This document shows positions 1 through 11,598 of a stretch of DNA of 64,000 nucleotides, piece after piece (the stretch's first letter is position 1; the number at the start of each line of letters is the position of its first letter). Below the pieces are notes generated by a model. That model worked only from the letters and a program-made list of their open reading frames with translations, did not search any database and was not told the DNA's origin. Source of the stretch: Squalus acanthias (Eukaryota); the NCBI GenBank assembly GCA_030390025.1, contig CM059430.1:152334001-152398000 (forward strand), read 5' to 3'. The translations under genes and the position numbers were made by a program.

Positions 1-629
1 AGTCACTTACAGAGTAGATCTGGTGTATACCAAGCAGCAGATCACTTCTTTAATCTCTCAGTTGAAATAGTGCATGGTTTGAAGGACCAGAGTGAAAGTA
101 ATAAACCATAAAAAAAGTCTACAGGAAAGAGCGATGATGTGCAATAACAAAGGTATTTGAATAGATTAAGACATGTTTATTTCCAAAGACAGAAATACAT
201 AGAACATGGTTTTAGCCAAAATAGCCATTACTGTGACAGAACTCATTAGTGTCTAAGTATGATTACAATATTAATAATGAATTATGAGTAAAAATGCTCT
301 CCATTGCAGAGATCATTCTGTCTGAAGAGTAGATCAAACTGTTTTAATTGTGTTTTTAATATTTTATTTTTTACACTTCACAATAAGCAGCAGATAGAAA
401 CTAGAAAAACAAATCAATATTCTTCTCCCTCAGTGTGAGAGAAATTGCTTTTCTGTGATTGCCCTTCTCTTGGTAAACACGTCACATAGGCTGTATTGCC
501 AGTGACTAGCAATCAGGGTACAGCTACTGGCTGGTGGCATTTGTTATTTCATTGCCTTGTTGTTATATGTTTCTTAAAGGTTGTTTTAAAATGCAAAAGT
601 GCAAACATAAGAAAAAACACAATTAACAG

Positions 630-905
630 ATTAAGCTGTACAGAACAGAATGGTCCCAGGTTTGATCCCTGGGCTGTACTGAGTTAGCTGATCTCTGTCT
701 CGGTTACAATTGGCCTCAGTATTCCCAAAATAAGGGAGGTGGTAAAAAAAAATCAAGTAGCATTGCTGCTCCTAATTGCTATTCAGTGATCCCTGCTAGA
801 AAGTGGCCATGTGTACACATCAGGTGAGAGCAGTGTCTGTGATAAATTCATAGGCGAATAGCCCAATGATATTCACTATCCAGGCTGATATATGAAGAAT
901 AACTA
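630..905 (+). mobile_element. Old tRNA-derived SINE remnant (LF-SINE-like); related copies near 24810-25110, 27660-27880, 36250-36460(-), 61590-61890(-)
   Basis: GGTCCCAGGTTTGATCCC B-box-like motif, then tgagttagctgatctc...caattggcctcag...gatccctgctagaaagtg...gaatagcc; similar motifs recur in the other copies. Family name is from recollection. Confidence 0.45.
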
Positions 906-909
906 TTTA

Positions 910-1372
910 GTGTCAGCTGTGGCTCAGTTGGTAGCACCCTCGCCTCTCAGTCAGAAGCGATTGTGGGTTCACGTCCCACTCCATGATACTTTGAGCACAA
1001 AAATCTAGGCTGACACTCCACTTCAGTACTGAAGGAGTGCTGCACTGTCGGAGGTGCTGTCTTTTGGACGAGACGTTAAAACCGAGACCCTGCCTGCTCC
1101 CTCAGGTGGACATAAAAGTTCCTATGGCACTATCTCGAAGAAGAGCAGGGGAGTTATCCCTGGGATCCTAGCTGATATTTATCCCTCAATCAACATCACT
1201 AAAACAGATTATCTGGTCATTATCACATTGCTGTGCGCAATTTGGCTGTCACGATTCCTACATTACAAACTGTGACTACTCTTCAAAAGTGCTTCATTGG
1301 CTGTGAAGCGCTTTGGGACGTCTGGTGGTTGTGAAAGGCGCTATATAAATGCAAGTCTTTCCTACTTTCTTT
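910..1372 (+). mobile_element. DeuSINE (SacSINE1/AmnSINE1-like), near full length
   Basis: tRNA head (TGGCTCAGTTGG A box, GGTTCACGTCCC B box), Deu-domain text (gaagagcaggggagttatccc...atttatccctcaatcaacatcac), L2-type tail AAAGGCGCTATATAAATGCAAGTCTTT. Confidence 0.85.
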
Positions 1373-1440
1373 ATTAATTTTGATGAGCTACCTAAGACAG
1401 GGAAGCGAACAATCAGCCAGGGTTCTGTTATTCATACTCG

Positions 1441-1838
1441 GGATATGGGCTTCACCAGCAAGGCCAGCATTTATTGCCCATCCCTAATTTCCCAGGAGAA
1501 GGTTCACTAATGTCCTTTAGGGAAGGAAATCTGTCTGGTTTGACCTACATGTTGACTCTTAACCGCCCTCTGAAAAGTCACTTATAAGTGATATTTCAGA
1601 GGGCGGTTAAGAGTCAACATGTAGGTCAAACCAGACAGATTTCCTTCCCTAAAGGACATTAGTGAATCAGATGGGTTTTTACAACAATCCAGTAGTTTCA
1701 TGGTCACCATTACTGGTGCTAGTCTTTCATTCCAGATTTATTTAATTAATTGAATTTAAATTCCCCATCTGCCATGGAGGGATTTGAACTTGTCTCTGGA
1801 TTACTAGTCCAGTAACATAACCACTATGCTACCATACC
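1441..1838 (-). mobile_element. tRNA-headed SINE of the family sharing both ends with the 21474 LINE; internally rearranged
   Basis: Reverse strand reads gtagcatagtggttatgttactggactagtaatccag...gttcaaatccc; tail gggatgggcaataaatgctggccttg lies at about 1460-1485. Confidence 0.75.
1503..1666. repeat. 164-bp spacer-less palindrome
   Basis: Two 82-bp arms centred on 1584|1585 (tcactta|taagtga); only 2 mismatches seen. Confidence 0.95.
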
Positions 1839-2565
1839 CCTGATCGAAGTCCAGTAAAACCCCCGCCCTTTTGCAATATGAGCGTGTGGAAATATTGGGG
1901 TTGACTAACTTATGGGCGGCCAACTGGCGGAGTGTGCCAGTAGCCTAACTGTTCCGGCAGTGAAAAGGCCGAAGCTGGCTACCTGCCGACGCAGCTCGCC
2001 AAATTCAGGTCGATCCAATTTCAGGCGGCCCAGAGGCCGGCAGCAAGATAAATTGAAAAAAAGGGGAGGAATATCACAATTTCAGAGGAGAGGCAGCCCG
2101 AGGCGGCAGCGGGCCAGATTTTTTTTGTAGGGCCTGACGGATCAATATTGGGCCCAGAGGAGCACACCTTCTCTTCCTGGCCCTACAAAAAATAATTCAA
2201 AACTTAACTTTTCAGGCCCTCTTCAGCAGCATCGCCAGTCAACTGGTCGGAGAGTGCTCGGCACACGCTTCAACCAGTTCTGTCCTAAAATGGCAATCGG
2301 GGTCCTATGTACATCACAGAACCCTGGTGTGCGTATTACAAGGCGTCTACCGCCTGAAACAGGCAGGTGTTTCAGTCTCCTAGCGGTAGGCCCCTGTACT
2401 AGTGGCAGCAGGCAGTGTGCTGGCGTTAATGGGGCGGTAGGTCTACCCACCTCATTTTTGAAACTGTTACTGTCCCATTAACGCCGATTTCAGCAAGTTG
2501 ACATCAGCCGAATTGGGTGAGAACACCACAGGCTTAGCTGTCAACCATTCAGTGATAATTAATTC

Positions 2566-3022
2566 TAAGAAAGATAAAAATAACTTGCATTTATATAGCG
2601 CCTTTCGGGAGCACAGAATGTCCCAAAGCGCTTTACAGCCAATTAAGTATTTTCGAAGTGTAATCACTATTGAAATGTAGGCAAATGCAGCAGTCGATTT
2701 GTGCACAGCAAGGTACCATAAACAACGATGAGATAAATGACTAGATAATCCGTCTTAGTGATGTTGCTTGAGGAATAGATGTTGGTCAGGACATTAGTAA
2801 AACTTCCCTGCTCTTCTTTGAATCATACCACGGGATCGTTTACATCCACCCGAGACTACAGACTGGGCCTCGGTTTAACGTTTCATCCGAAAAACAGCAC
2901 CTCCAATAATGCAGCATTCCCTCAGTACTGCACTGAAGTGTCATCCTGGATTATGTGTTCAAGTCTCTGGAATGGAGCTTGAACACACAATCTTATGACT
3001 CAGAGTTGCGAGTTCTACCACT
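2566..3022 (-). mobile_element. DeuSINE copy
   Basis: Reverse-complement similarity to 910-1372 (acttgcatttatatagcgcc tail; cctcagtactgcactgaagtg). Confidence 0.8.
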
Positions 3023-3525
3023 CTCTTAAAATGAATGTCACAATAGTGCCCCAATCTCTGTAACAGTTCTTCCCTCACTAACCATATGAAATAAAGATGT
3101 TGGAATTACCCTTAAAATAAGTACATACATAACAGGTGGAGAAATTCATCTTTTGATTCATAACCAGTCAGGCTACTTACACGCTGAATATAATAGCCCA
3201 TCAAGATACACTGTATCCTAAGCCACTGATGTGTGTGTGTGGATTCACTTCATTAGTCTTTCAGCCACTGTGATTCTAAAACAGCCAATCTCTACATTGC
3301 AGAGGCTTTGACAGATTTTCCTTGAGTAGGGTGATTATTGCACTATGTCACAAGGCTATATAGTACTATACGAGTACACAACAGACATATTGTGGAAATC
3401 ATTTTGAAATACAATTATTTTCATCATAAAGTTGATTTTAGCCTATTACAGTAAACAGTTTTAAAAATGCATATTTTGATATAGCATCCTCCCCTGTAAA
3501 CAGCTTGGAACATTTTATACACAAA

Positions 3526-3968
3526 GGGGGCTAAATTCGGTTGATTTAAGAGGGCGCTAACGGGACGCAAATCAACTAGCGCCTGGGCGCGGCGCCGCTA
3601 ACGCCTCCCGCGAAATTCAGCGGGCGGTTAGCGGCGGCGCTAACCGTTTGCGCCGCCGGCGATGACGTCATCGCTGTGCGCAGCGCCCCGCTCACGCCCC
3701 GGCTGTAACATTGGGTGGCGCCCCCGGACTTACCGCCGGACGCTATGTCCGCGGGGTCAGGGGGGCCTACCTGCGGCGGGGTGGCATTAGTTGAAGGGGA
3801 GGTGGTGGGCGGTTATTTTTGTTGCCAGCACCTGCCCCCGTTGCTGTCCCCGGCCCCCGTGAAGTCCCCCCGCGGGGTGCCAGCTGCTCTCCGTGAGCCC
3901 GGCACTCAAGAGGAGTGCCGGGCTCGTTTGCTGGCACTCCCGATCCCTGGTGGCCCAATTTTTACCCC
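3526..3968. mobile_element. GC-rich Harbinger-type MITE
   Basis: GGGGGCTAAATT...AATTTTTACCCC termini, 3-bp AAA on both flanks, strong reverse-complement similarity to 19200-19677. Confidence 0.7.
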
Positions 3969-4554
3969 AAAGAATCTTCTACCAATTACCTTGACATTGG
4001 CACTGCAAAGGTGTCACTGCACACTCATACATTGCATCACCACCTCTACTTTGTTCCCTCTGTTGTATTACCTCCTATTACCCTGTGCCTACTTCTGACA
4101 AAGCATAGGATAACAGTAAGTTCACATAATGGGAATAATTATGTGTCTAATAATAGAAGAACAAGATGTACTATACCACATAATTTCCTGCATCCAGTGA
4201 TTGTCATAAACAAACTGCAAACTTTTTCTTTTAATTTGAAGTTGGTATGATTCTGTATGCATGACGTGGTACTTGACAGAATAAAATATGCTTTAATAAA
4301 CCTATTTCCTATATCAGAATAATCTGATTGTTTCAGTTACGGGGCAGGAGAGACCCATAACCACAGCTGAAACAGGCAACGATCAGATTGTCTGGGACTT
4401 TGTGTGCCAATTCGAGTTCCTATTCTACTGGTGCAAGCAGTTGGATTCCTTTGTCTCCAAAAGTTCATTTCTCATTCATTTTCAAATGGAGCTCTTTCTT
4501 GATCATGAAGTTTTGACAAACAACTGTTCTGTATATTTTGGCTATTCCTTGTTG

Positions 4555-5005
4555 TAAAGCTTGTTGGCTAGAGGCGCGGCTAGTTCTGGAGCACAAGTCT
4601 TTAGCACGATAGCCGGGACGTTGTCGGGGCCCATAGTCTTTGCCGTATCCAGTGCGCTCAGCCGTTTCTTGATATCACGTGGAGTGAATCGAATTGGCTG
4701 AAGACTGACTTCTGTGATGGAGGCCGATATGGATCATCCACTCGGCACTTCTGGCTGAAGATGGTGGCAAACGCTTCAGCCTTGTCTTTTGCACTCACAT
4801 GCTGGGCTCCACCATCATTGAGGATGGGGAGATTCATGGAGCCTCCTCCTCCCGTTAGTGCCACCATTCACGGCTGGATGCGGCAGGACTGCAGAGCTGT
4901 GATCTGATCCGTTGATTGTGGGATCGCTTAGCCCTGTCTATAGCATGCTGCTTCCGCTTTTTAGCATGCATGTAGTCCTGTGTTGCAGCTTACCCAGGTT
5001 GGCAT
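4555..5005 (-). mobile_element. Fragment of the tRNA-headed LINE family
   Basis: Peptide LTGGGGSMNLPILNDGGAQHVSAKDKAEAFATIFSQKCRVDD is nearly identical to part of ORF 22399-23148. Confidence 0.9.
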
Positions 5006-5018
5006 TTCTCCACCTGTT

Positions 5019-5471
5019 ATAGAAACATAGAAACATAGAAGATAGGAGCAGGAGTAGGCCATTCGGCCCCTCGAGCCTGCTCCGCCATTCAATGCGATCA
5101 TGGCTGATCATCCAAATTCAGTACCCTGTCCCTGCTTTCTCCCCATATCCCTTGATCCCTTTAGCCTTAAGAAATATATCGAACTCCTTCTTGAATATAT
5201 TTAATGAATTGGCCTCAACTGCCTTCTGTGGTAGAGAATTCCACAGGTTCACCACTCTCTGGGTGAAGAAATTCCTCCTCATCTCAGTCCTAAATGGCTT
5301 AACCCTTATCCTTAGACTGTGACCCCTGGTTCTGGACTCCCCACCATCGGAAACAGCCTTCCTGCATCTAGTCTGTCTAGTCCTGTTAGAATTTTATAAG
5401 TTTCAATGAGATCCCCTCTCATTCTTCTAAACTCTCGCGAATATAAGCCTAATCGACCCAATCTCTCTTCA
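5019..5471 (-). mobile_element. CR1 LINE 3' end (inverted partner of 5472-7955)
   Basis: (ATAGAAAC)n tail and 3' UTR; near-identical reverse complement of about 7510-7955. Confidence 0.92.
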
Positions 5472-7955
5472 CAAAAAAGGTGACTCAACCGTGGCTAACA
5501 AGGGAAATTAGGGATAGCATAAGATCCAAGGAGAGGACATATAAATTGGCCAGAAAAAGCAGTAAACCTGAGGATTGGGAGCAGTTTAGGATTCAACAAA
5601 GGAGGACAAAGGGATTAATTAAGAAGGGGAAAATAGAATATGAGAGGAAGCTTGCAGGGAACATAAAAACTGACTGTAAAAGTTTTTATAGATATGTGAA
5701 AAGAAAAAGATTGGTGAAGTCAAGCGTAGGTCCCTTGCAGTCAGAATCAGGGGAATTTATAATGGGGAACAAAGAAATGGCAGACCAATTAAATACATAT
5801 TTTGGTTCTGTCTTCACAAAGGAGGACACAAATAACCTCCCAGAGATGTCGGGGAACATAGGGTCTGATGAAAGGGAGGAACTGAAAGAAATCAGTATTT
5901 GTAGGGAAATGGTGTTAGGGAAGTTGGCGGGATTGAAGGCCGATAAATCCCCAGGGCCTGATAATCTGCATCCTAGGGTACTTAAGGAAGTGGCCCTAGA
6001 AATAGTAGATGCATTGCTGATCATCTTCCAACATTCGATGGAATCTGGAACAATACCCATGGATTGGAGGGTAGCTAATGTTACCCCACTATTCAAAAAG
6101 GGTGGTAGAGAGAAAACGGGGAATTACAGACCAGTAAGCCTGACATCGGTAGTGGGGAAAATGCTAGAGTCCATTATAAAAGATGTAATAGCAGAGCACT
6201 TGGAAAACAGTGACAGGATCGGACAAAGTCAACATGGATTTACAAAAGGTAAATCGTGCTTGACTAATCTACTGGAATTTTTTGAGGATGTAACTAGTAA
6301 AATAGATAAGGGAGAACCAGTGGATGTGGTGTATTTGGACTTTCAAAAGGCTTTCGATAAGGTCCCGCATAAGAGATTAGCATGTAAAGTTAAGGCACAT
6401 GGGATTGGGGGCAAGGTATTGACTTGGATAGAGAACTGGTTGGCAGACAGAAAGCAAAGAGTTGGAATAAACGGGTCTTTTTTCCGAGTGGCAGGCAGTG
6501 ACTAGTGGGGTACCGCAGGGATCGGTCCTTGGACCCCAGCTATTCACAATATATATTAATGATCTAGACAAGGGAACTAGATGTAATATCTCCAAGTTTG
6601 CAGACGACACAAAGCTGGGTGGGCGTATGTGCTGTGAGGAGGATGCCGAGAAACTCCAGGATGATTTGGACAGGTTGGGTGACTGGGCAGAAGCATGGCA
6701 GATGCAATATAACGTGGATAAATGCGAGGTTATCCACTTTGGTGTCAAAAACAGGAAGGCAGATTATTATCTGAATGGCAATAGATTGGGAGAAGGGGAA
6801 GGGCAACACGGTGGCATAGTGGTTAGCACTGGTGCCTCACAGCGCCAGAGACCCGGGTTCGAATCTGACCTCGGGTGACTGTCTGTGTGGAGTTTGCACA
6901 TTCTCCCCGTGTCTGCGTGGGTTTCCTCCGGGTGCTCCGGTTTCCTCCCACTGTCCAAAAATGTGCGGGTTAGGTTGATTTGGCTATGATAAATTGACCC
7001 TTAGTGTTAGGGGGGGATTAAATATGTGGGGTTATGGGGATAGGATGGGATATGTTAGGGGGAATTAAATACGTGGGGTTACGGGGGTCAGGTGGGATAT
7101 GTGTACTGTGGGGATTAAAGCAGGGACAGGGTACTGGATTTGAATGATCAGCCATGATCGTATTGAATGGTGGTGCAGGCTCGACGGGCCGAATGGCCTA
7201 CTCCTGCTCCTAGATTCTATGTTTCTATGTTTCTATGAGACCTGGGTGTACTTGTGCACCAGTCGCTGAAGGTAAGTATGCAGGTGCAGCAGGCGGTTAA
7301 GAAGGCAAATGGTATGTTGGCCTTCGTAGCGAGAGGGTTTGAGTACAGGAACAAGGATGTCTTGCTGCAGTTGTACAGGGCCTTGGTGAGACCACATCTT
7401 GAGTATTGTGTGCAGTTTTGGTCGCCTTATCTGAGGAAGGAGGTTCTTGCCATGGAAGGAGTTCAGCGAAGATTCACCAGGCGATACCTGGGATGGCAGG
7501 AATGACGTATGAGGAGAGATTGGGTCGATTGGGCTTATACTCGCTGGAGTTTAGAAGAATGAGAGGGGATCTCATTGAAACTTATAAAATTCTGAAAGGA
7601 CTGGACAGACTAGATGCAGGAAGGATGTTCCCGATGGTCGGGGAGTACAGAACCAGGGGTCACAGTCTAAGGATAAGGGGTAAGCCTTTAGGACAGAAAT
7701 GAGGAGGAATTTCTTCACCCAGAGAGTGGTGAACCTGTGGAATTCTCTACCACAGAAGGCAGTAGAGGCCAATTCATTAAATATATTCAAGAAGGAGTTC
7801 GATATATTTCTTAAGGCTAAAGGGATCAAGGGATATGGGGAGAAAGCAGGGACAGGGTTCTGAATTTGGATGATCAGCCCTGATCGCATTGAATGGCAGA
7901 GCAGGCTAGAGGGGCCGAATGGCCTACTCCTGCTCCTATCTTCTATGTTTCTATG
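5472..7955 (+). mobile_element. 5'-truncated CR1 LINE, ORF2 RT pseudogene with frameshifts and a SINE insertion
   Basis: KSPGPD, NYRPVSLTS, YLDFQKAFDKV, GVPQGSVLGP, FADD motifs; (TTCTATGT)n tail. Confidence 0.95.
6801..7237 (+). mobile_element. Full-length V-SINE (HE1-like) inserted in CR1
   Basis: A box TGGCATAGTGG, B box GGTTCGAATC, V-domain (gtgggtttcctccgggtgctccggtttcctccc), CR1-type tail; it interrupts the CR1 reading frame. Confidence 0.9.
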
Positions 7956-8178
7956 ATTCCCTTAATATTCAAAAATCTATCGATCTCTGTCTTGAATATA
8001 CTCAACGACTGAGCCTCCACAGCCCTCTGGGGTAGAGAATTCCAAAAATTCACCACCGAGTGAAGAAATTTCTCCTCATCTCAGTCCTAAATGGCCGATC
8101 CCTTATTCTGAGACTGTGACCCCTGGTTCTAGACTCCCCAGCCAGGGGAAACATCCTCCCTGCATCTACCCTGTCAAG
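7956..8178 (-). mobile_element. Older CR1 3' fragment
   Basis: Similar to the CR1 3' region at 62800-63005. Confidence 0.75.
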
Positions 8179-9159
8179 CTTTATTTCTCAGATGGCTACA
8201 TCATATCTGACTTAGGAGTGCGTGATGCTGACACTGGGTGCCTAAAATGGGCAAGTATTCAATTTCCCGGTGCTAATACCTTTTCTGAACGCAAAAAGAT
8301 ACCATTTTTTGTAAAGGACTGCCTTCACTTGGTATTCAGAAAAGTGGTGCTTTGGTTGTGAGGAGCATACTCCTTTGGAAGGATGAGTATATATTCTTCC
8401 ATTCCATCCCAGTCATATTCAAGCCAACACAATTGCTATTTTTTCTATTGGATCCCTGACGAAAGAGCTCTGATCTGGAAACTAGCAAACTTTATTTTTC
8501 TCTTAATTCTGCCAAACCACCTAAATTCAGGTAAAATTTGAATCTTGGGTCTGGATTTTCACCCAACTTGTGTATCTTAACCTGGATTCTCAAGACACAT
8601 CCAGAGTCCCTTGCTGCTGGCCGTCAGGAAATTGGTTATCGATAATTACTGTGAAGCTTGAAACATTTCAGGACTGGATGTCCCTGTTGTTTTGCACTAA
8701 TCAAAGATTTGCTTTTTTTTCTGTAAACTAACAGGGTTTAAAGGAACGGACAAGGCGCAAAGCAGAAATACAAGAGAGATATAATGGTCACAAGGTATAG
8801 TGTTTGCCGAGTATCGACCCATTCCAGGGTGGAATGCTAGCTTCATAGTTCCAGTGCTGCAAGATGAGGGACATACATTCCAGTGCAACAACAGATTTTG
8901 TGCTAGGAATGTCATTCTGTTTGTGCTGATCAGTCAAGTGGAAAATTTAGTTGACAATGCAGGACTGTATTATCCAGCTGACACGTCAGAACACTGACCC
9001 CAACAACCAGTGGTTAGCAAAGAGGGAAACAATCAGCCAGACTATTAAAGGGGAGATGTACTCCACTGAATCATAATCCTAAACATTATAAAGGGAGCTA
9101 TCTGTATACTCGCCAGTGACTTTTAGTCATGCATTGCCATGTTTTATGTTTTGAAGCTG

Positions 9160-9366
9160 CTGGTTAGAAGCAGCCCAAGAAGCAGACATTTTGTGCAGAA
9201 CTTTCCCTGCTGTGATATCATGAAGTTCTGCTCCAATGATTACACAAATAGGGAATGCTGACCGTGGCCTGTTGTCCCCAATGTTGGTGTCACTGGAGCA
9301 GAACTTATTTCACAGCAGGGAGAACTATACATGAAATGTCTGCTCCCAGACTGCTTCGGACCAGTT
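9160..9366. repeat. Imperfect inverted repeat, probably an old MITE
   Basis: gcagacattt/aaatgtctgc, ccctgctgtga/tcacagcaggg and aagttctgctcca/tggagcagaactt pair in nested order. Confidence 0.75.
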
Positions 9367-9471
9367 TAAATGTATAAAGCATGTTAATAATGAGTGATTT
9401 AAAATACACTGGCAATTCCATAGTTAGCTCTTTTAGAACAGTTAGTCAAATAAAGCAACTCAGATGTATAC

Positions 9472-9962
9472 GAGGAACAGCGCCTCATCTTTCGTTTAGG
9501 CACTTTACAGCCTTCCGGACTCAATATCGAGTTCAACAATTTCAGATCATAACCCCGGCCCCTACCACATATGTACACATTTTATCCACCCTTTTGGTCC
9601 GTGCCTTTTTCCTTTTTTTTCTCTTTCTCCCCCCACGGCAGCTGTCTCTCATTCTGCCAGCATTTCACACCTCACCTTTTGTTTCTTAACCTGTCCCATT
9701 ACCATCTCGTCTTGCCTTGAGCATCTCTTAATGTCTCTACTTACCATAGACCCCCCCCTTTTGTTCTTTTATTCCTCCCCCCAGCCTCCCCCTTGCATTT
9801 TTATCTGTTTAATTTCCTGCTCTTTCAGTTCCGACGAAGGGTTTCGACCTGAGTCGTTAACTCTGTTTCTCTCTCCACGGATGCTGCCTGGCCTGCTGAG
9901 TTTTTCCAGCGTTTTCTGCTGTTATTTCGGATTTCCAGCATCCGCAGTATTTTGCTATCGTA
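9472..9962 (+). mobile_element. Penelope-like family B solo pLTR
   Basis: GIY-YIG C-terminus (EEQRLIFRLGTLQPSGLNIEF), degenerate hammerhead at about 9827-9861, 12-bp TSD TCAGATGTATAC (9460-9471 / 9963-9974). Confidence 0.85.
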
Positions 9963-10472
9963 TCAGATGTATACAGGTTCCTTTTAATCCCATGGGGCAT
10001 AAGTCCAAAGACCAGGGAAGATATAACATGGGCTTGTCCTCTCTCCCCCCACCCCCCAATTCTTTTGCCATGAGTTATATCTCCTGCTCCAAATTCCAGA
10101 TTGCACCTCATGTCACCCAACCCTTTATAGGTGCGTGTGCCTCTGTTGTATGGAAAAGGAGATAGTTAGGAACAATCACTTCATATCAGGGACTTAAGAG
10201 GAAGCATTAAAGAAGTGCAGTGTCAATAGTAGACATGCAGTTTCTGAAATGTTTACAGTCCAGCCGCAGTTTTGCACGAATTGTCGAGCAGCCCTGGCGT
10301 GTTGATGTTAAAATAGTGAGGGGAAAAAAATAAAAGAGTTCAGCGCTTCTGGGCTAGGGAGAAGATTCTGCAGCCAGGTTCCCACTCCCATCCGTGTCTC
10401 CGTAACCCCCTGCTGAAAAGTGTTTGTGTCGCTGTCACTTGAATTGCAGGAAAATCGTGGATCAGATTATAT

Positions 10473-11338
10473 GGGCTGGATTTTGCCGGCGCTCAGAGGG
10501 CGGGTTTGGAGGCGGGTCAAAGGTTAAAATCGTTTTGATTGATGGCGGGTTGCGATCCTGCCTCCAAACAATTTTCCCAAGTGTCGGGTCCCCGATTTGT
10601 GAATGGACCCAACACCTAGCGGAGGGAAGAGGATTAAAGGCAATTACCTGCCTATTAACAGGTAGTTGCCAGTAGTTGACAGCTTATTTTTGAATTTTGC
10701 CGCTTCTGGCTCAGGTTTCCCAACGTCCGGACACCACGCCAGGTAAGTGTGGCGTGTTGTGAGTCTGCTGTAATGTTTCTGGATTGATGACAGCTGCAGA
10801 AGTGGTGTGAAGGATCCAATGTTGCACATGGTGAGTCTCAGAGGAAAGAAAATGTTGGGAACTGCATTTTTAATACATTTACACTTTTCTTCAGGTTACA
10901 AGTTTTTAAATCCATGTCTAGTGCCACCTCATTGGGAGAACCTCTCTCACCAGTGACAGATCGCTTCTGCCACCTCACCTGCAACTGCCATCTATTCCAG
11001 ACTATGGAGGGAGCCATTGGAGAGCCTGGGTGCAAGAGGTCACCTTTGTGCAGTAATTGTCAGTGTTTTCAGCACCTCAAAGCTGTCAAACACTGAGAAA
11101 TCAACTGTCAAAATAAAATTGTGCGTGGTCCCTTTAAGGAAACCATCAGATGACGCGTCATCAAATGATGTCATCTGACCCGCTTCCTCTTAATTGGCCG
11201 GCAAGCCCGCAGGGCGGGCTTAACAAGGTCAATCAAGGCAAAATCACGTCTGTGGGCCGGATGCAGCTGGGGGCGGGACTGGGAGCCGGAAGCCACCTGA
11301 CCCGCAGCCAACCCGCCTCCGTTAATAAAATCGCGGCC
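10473..11338. mobile_element. Harbinger-type non-autonomous element
   Basis: GGGCTGGATTTT...AAAATCGCGGCC termini; subterminal GATGACGCGTCATC palindrome; ends resemble those at 20813 and 41223-41989. Confidence 0.7.
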
Positions 11339-11498
11339 AATGTCTTTTCTTACACAAACTAAATGCAGGGACTGAGCCCCCGTGTGTCTGCATTTCTTTA
11401 CACTGGGTCTCTGTACTACTTAGCTCAGCAGACCAGGGGCAATCAGCACCTGATGATAAAATGAAAGGGGGAGAGTGGTGCACATAAGTCATTCTCCC

Positions 11499-11598
11499 AA
11501 ATAACAACAGAAAACGCTGGAAAAACTCAGCAGGCCAGGCAGCATCCGTGGAGAGAGAAACAGAGTTAACGTTTCAGGTCGAAGACCTTTCGTCAGAA
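11499..11598 (-). mobile_element. PLE family B 3' fragment with an intact hammerhead core
   Basis: Reverse strand: CTGACGA-AAGGTC-TTC-GACCT-GAAA-CGTT-AACT. Confidence 0.8.

Noticed and set aside
1-111. Open frames at the window start (VTYRVDLVYTKQQITSLISQLK* or SHLQSRSG...)
   Set aside because: Short, unrecognised and cut by the window edge.
6801-6875. tRNA gene
   Set aside because: It is a SINE head that continues into the V-domain; the same holds for the other A/B-box hits.
7008-7105. CRISPR-like or satellite repeat
   Set aside because: Two-unit internal duplication of the SINE, with no spacers, in a eukaryotic context.
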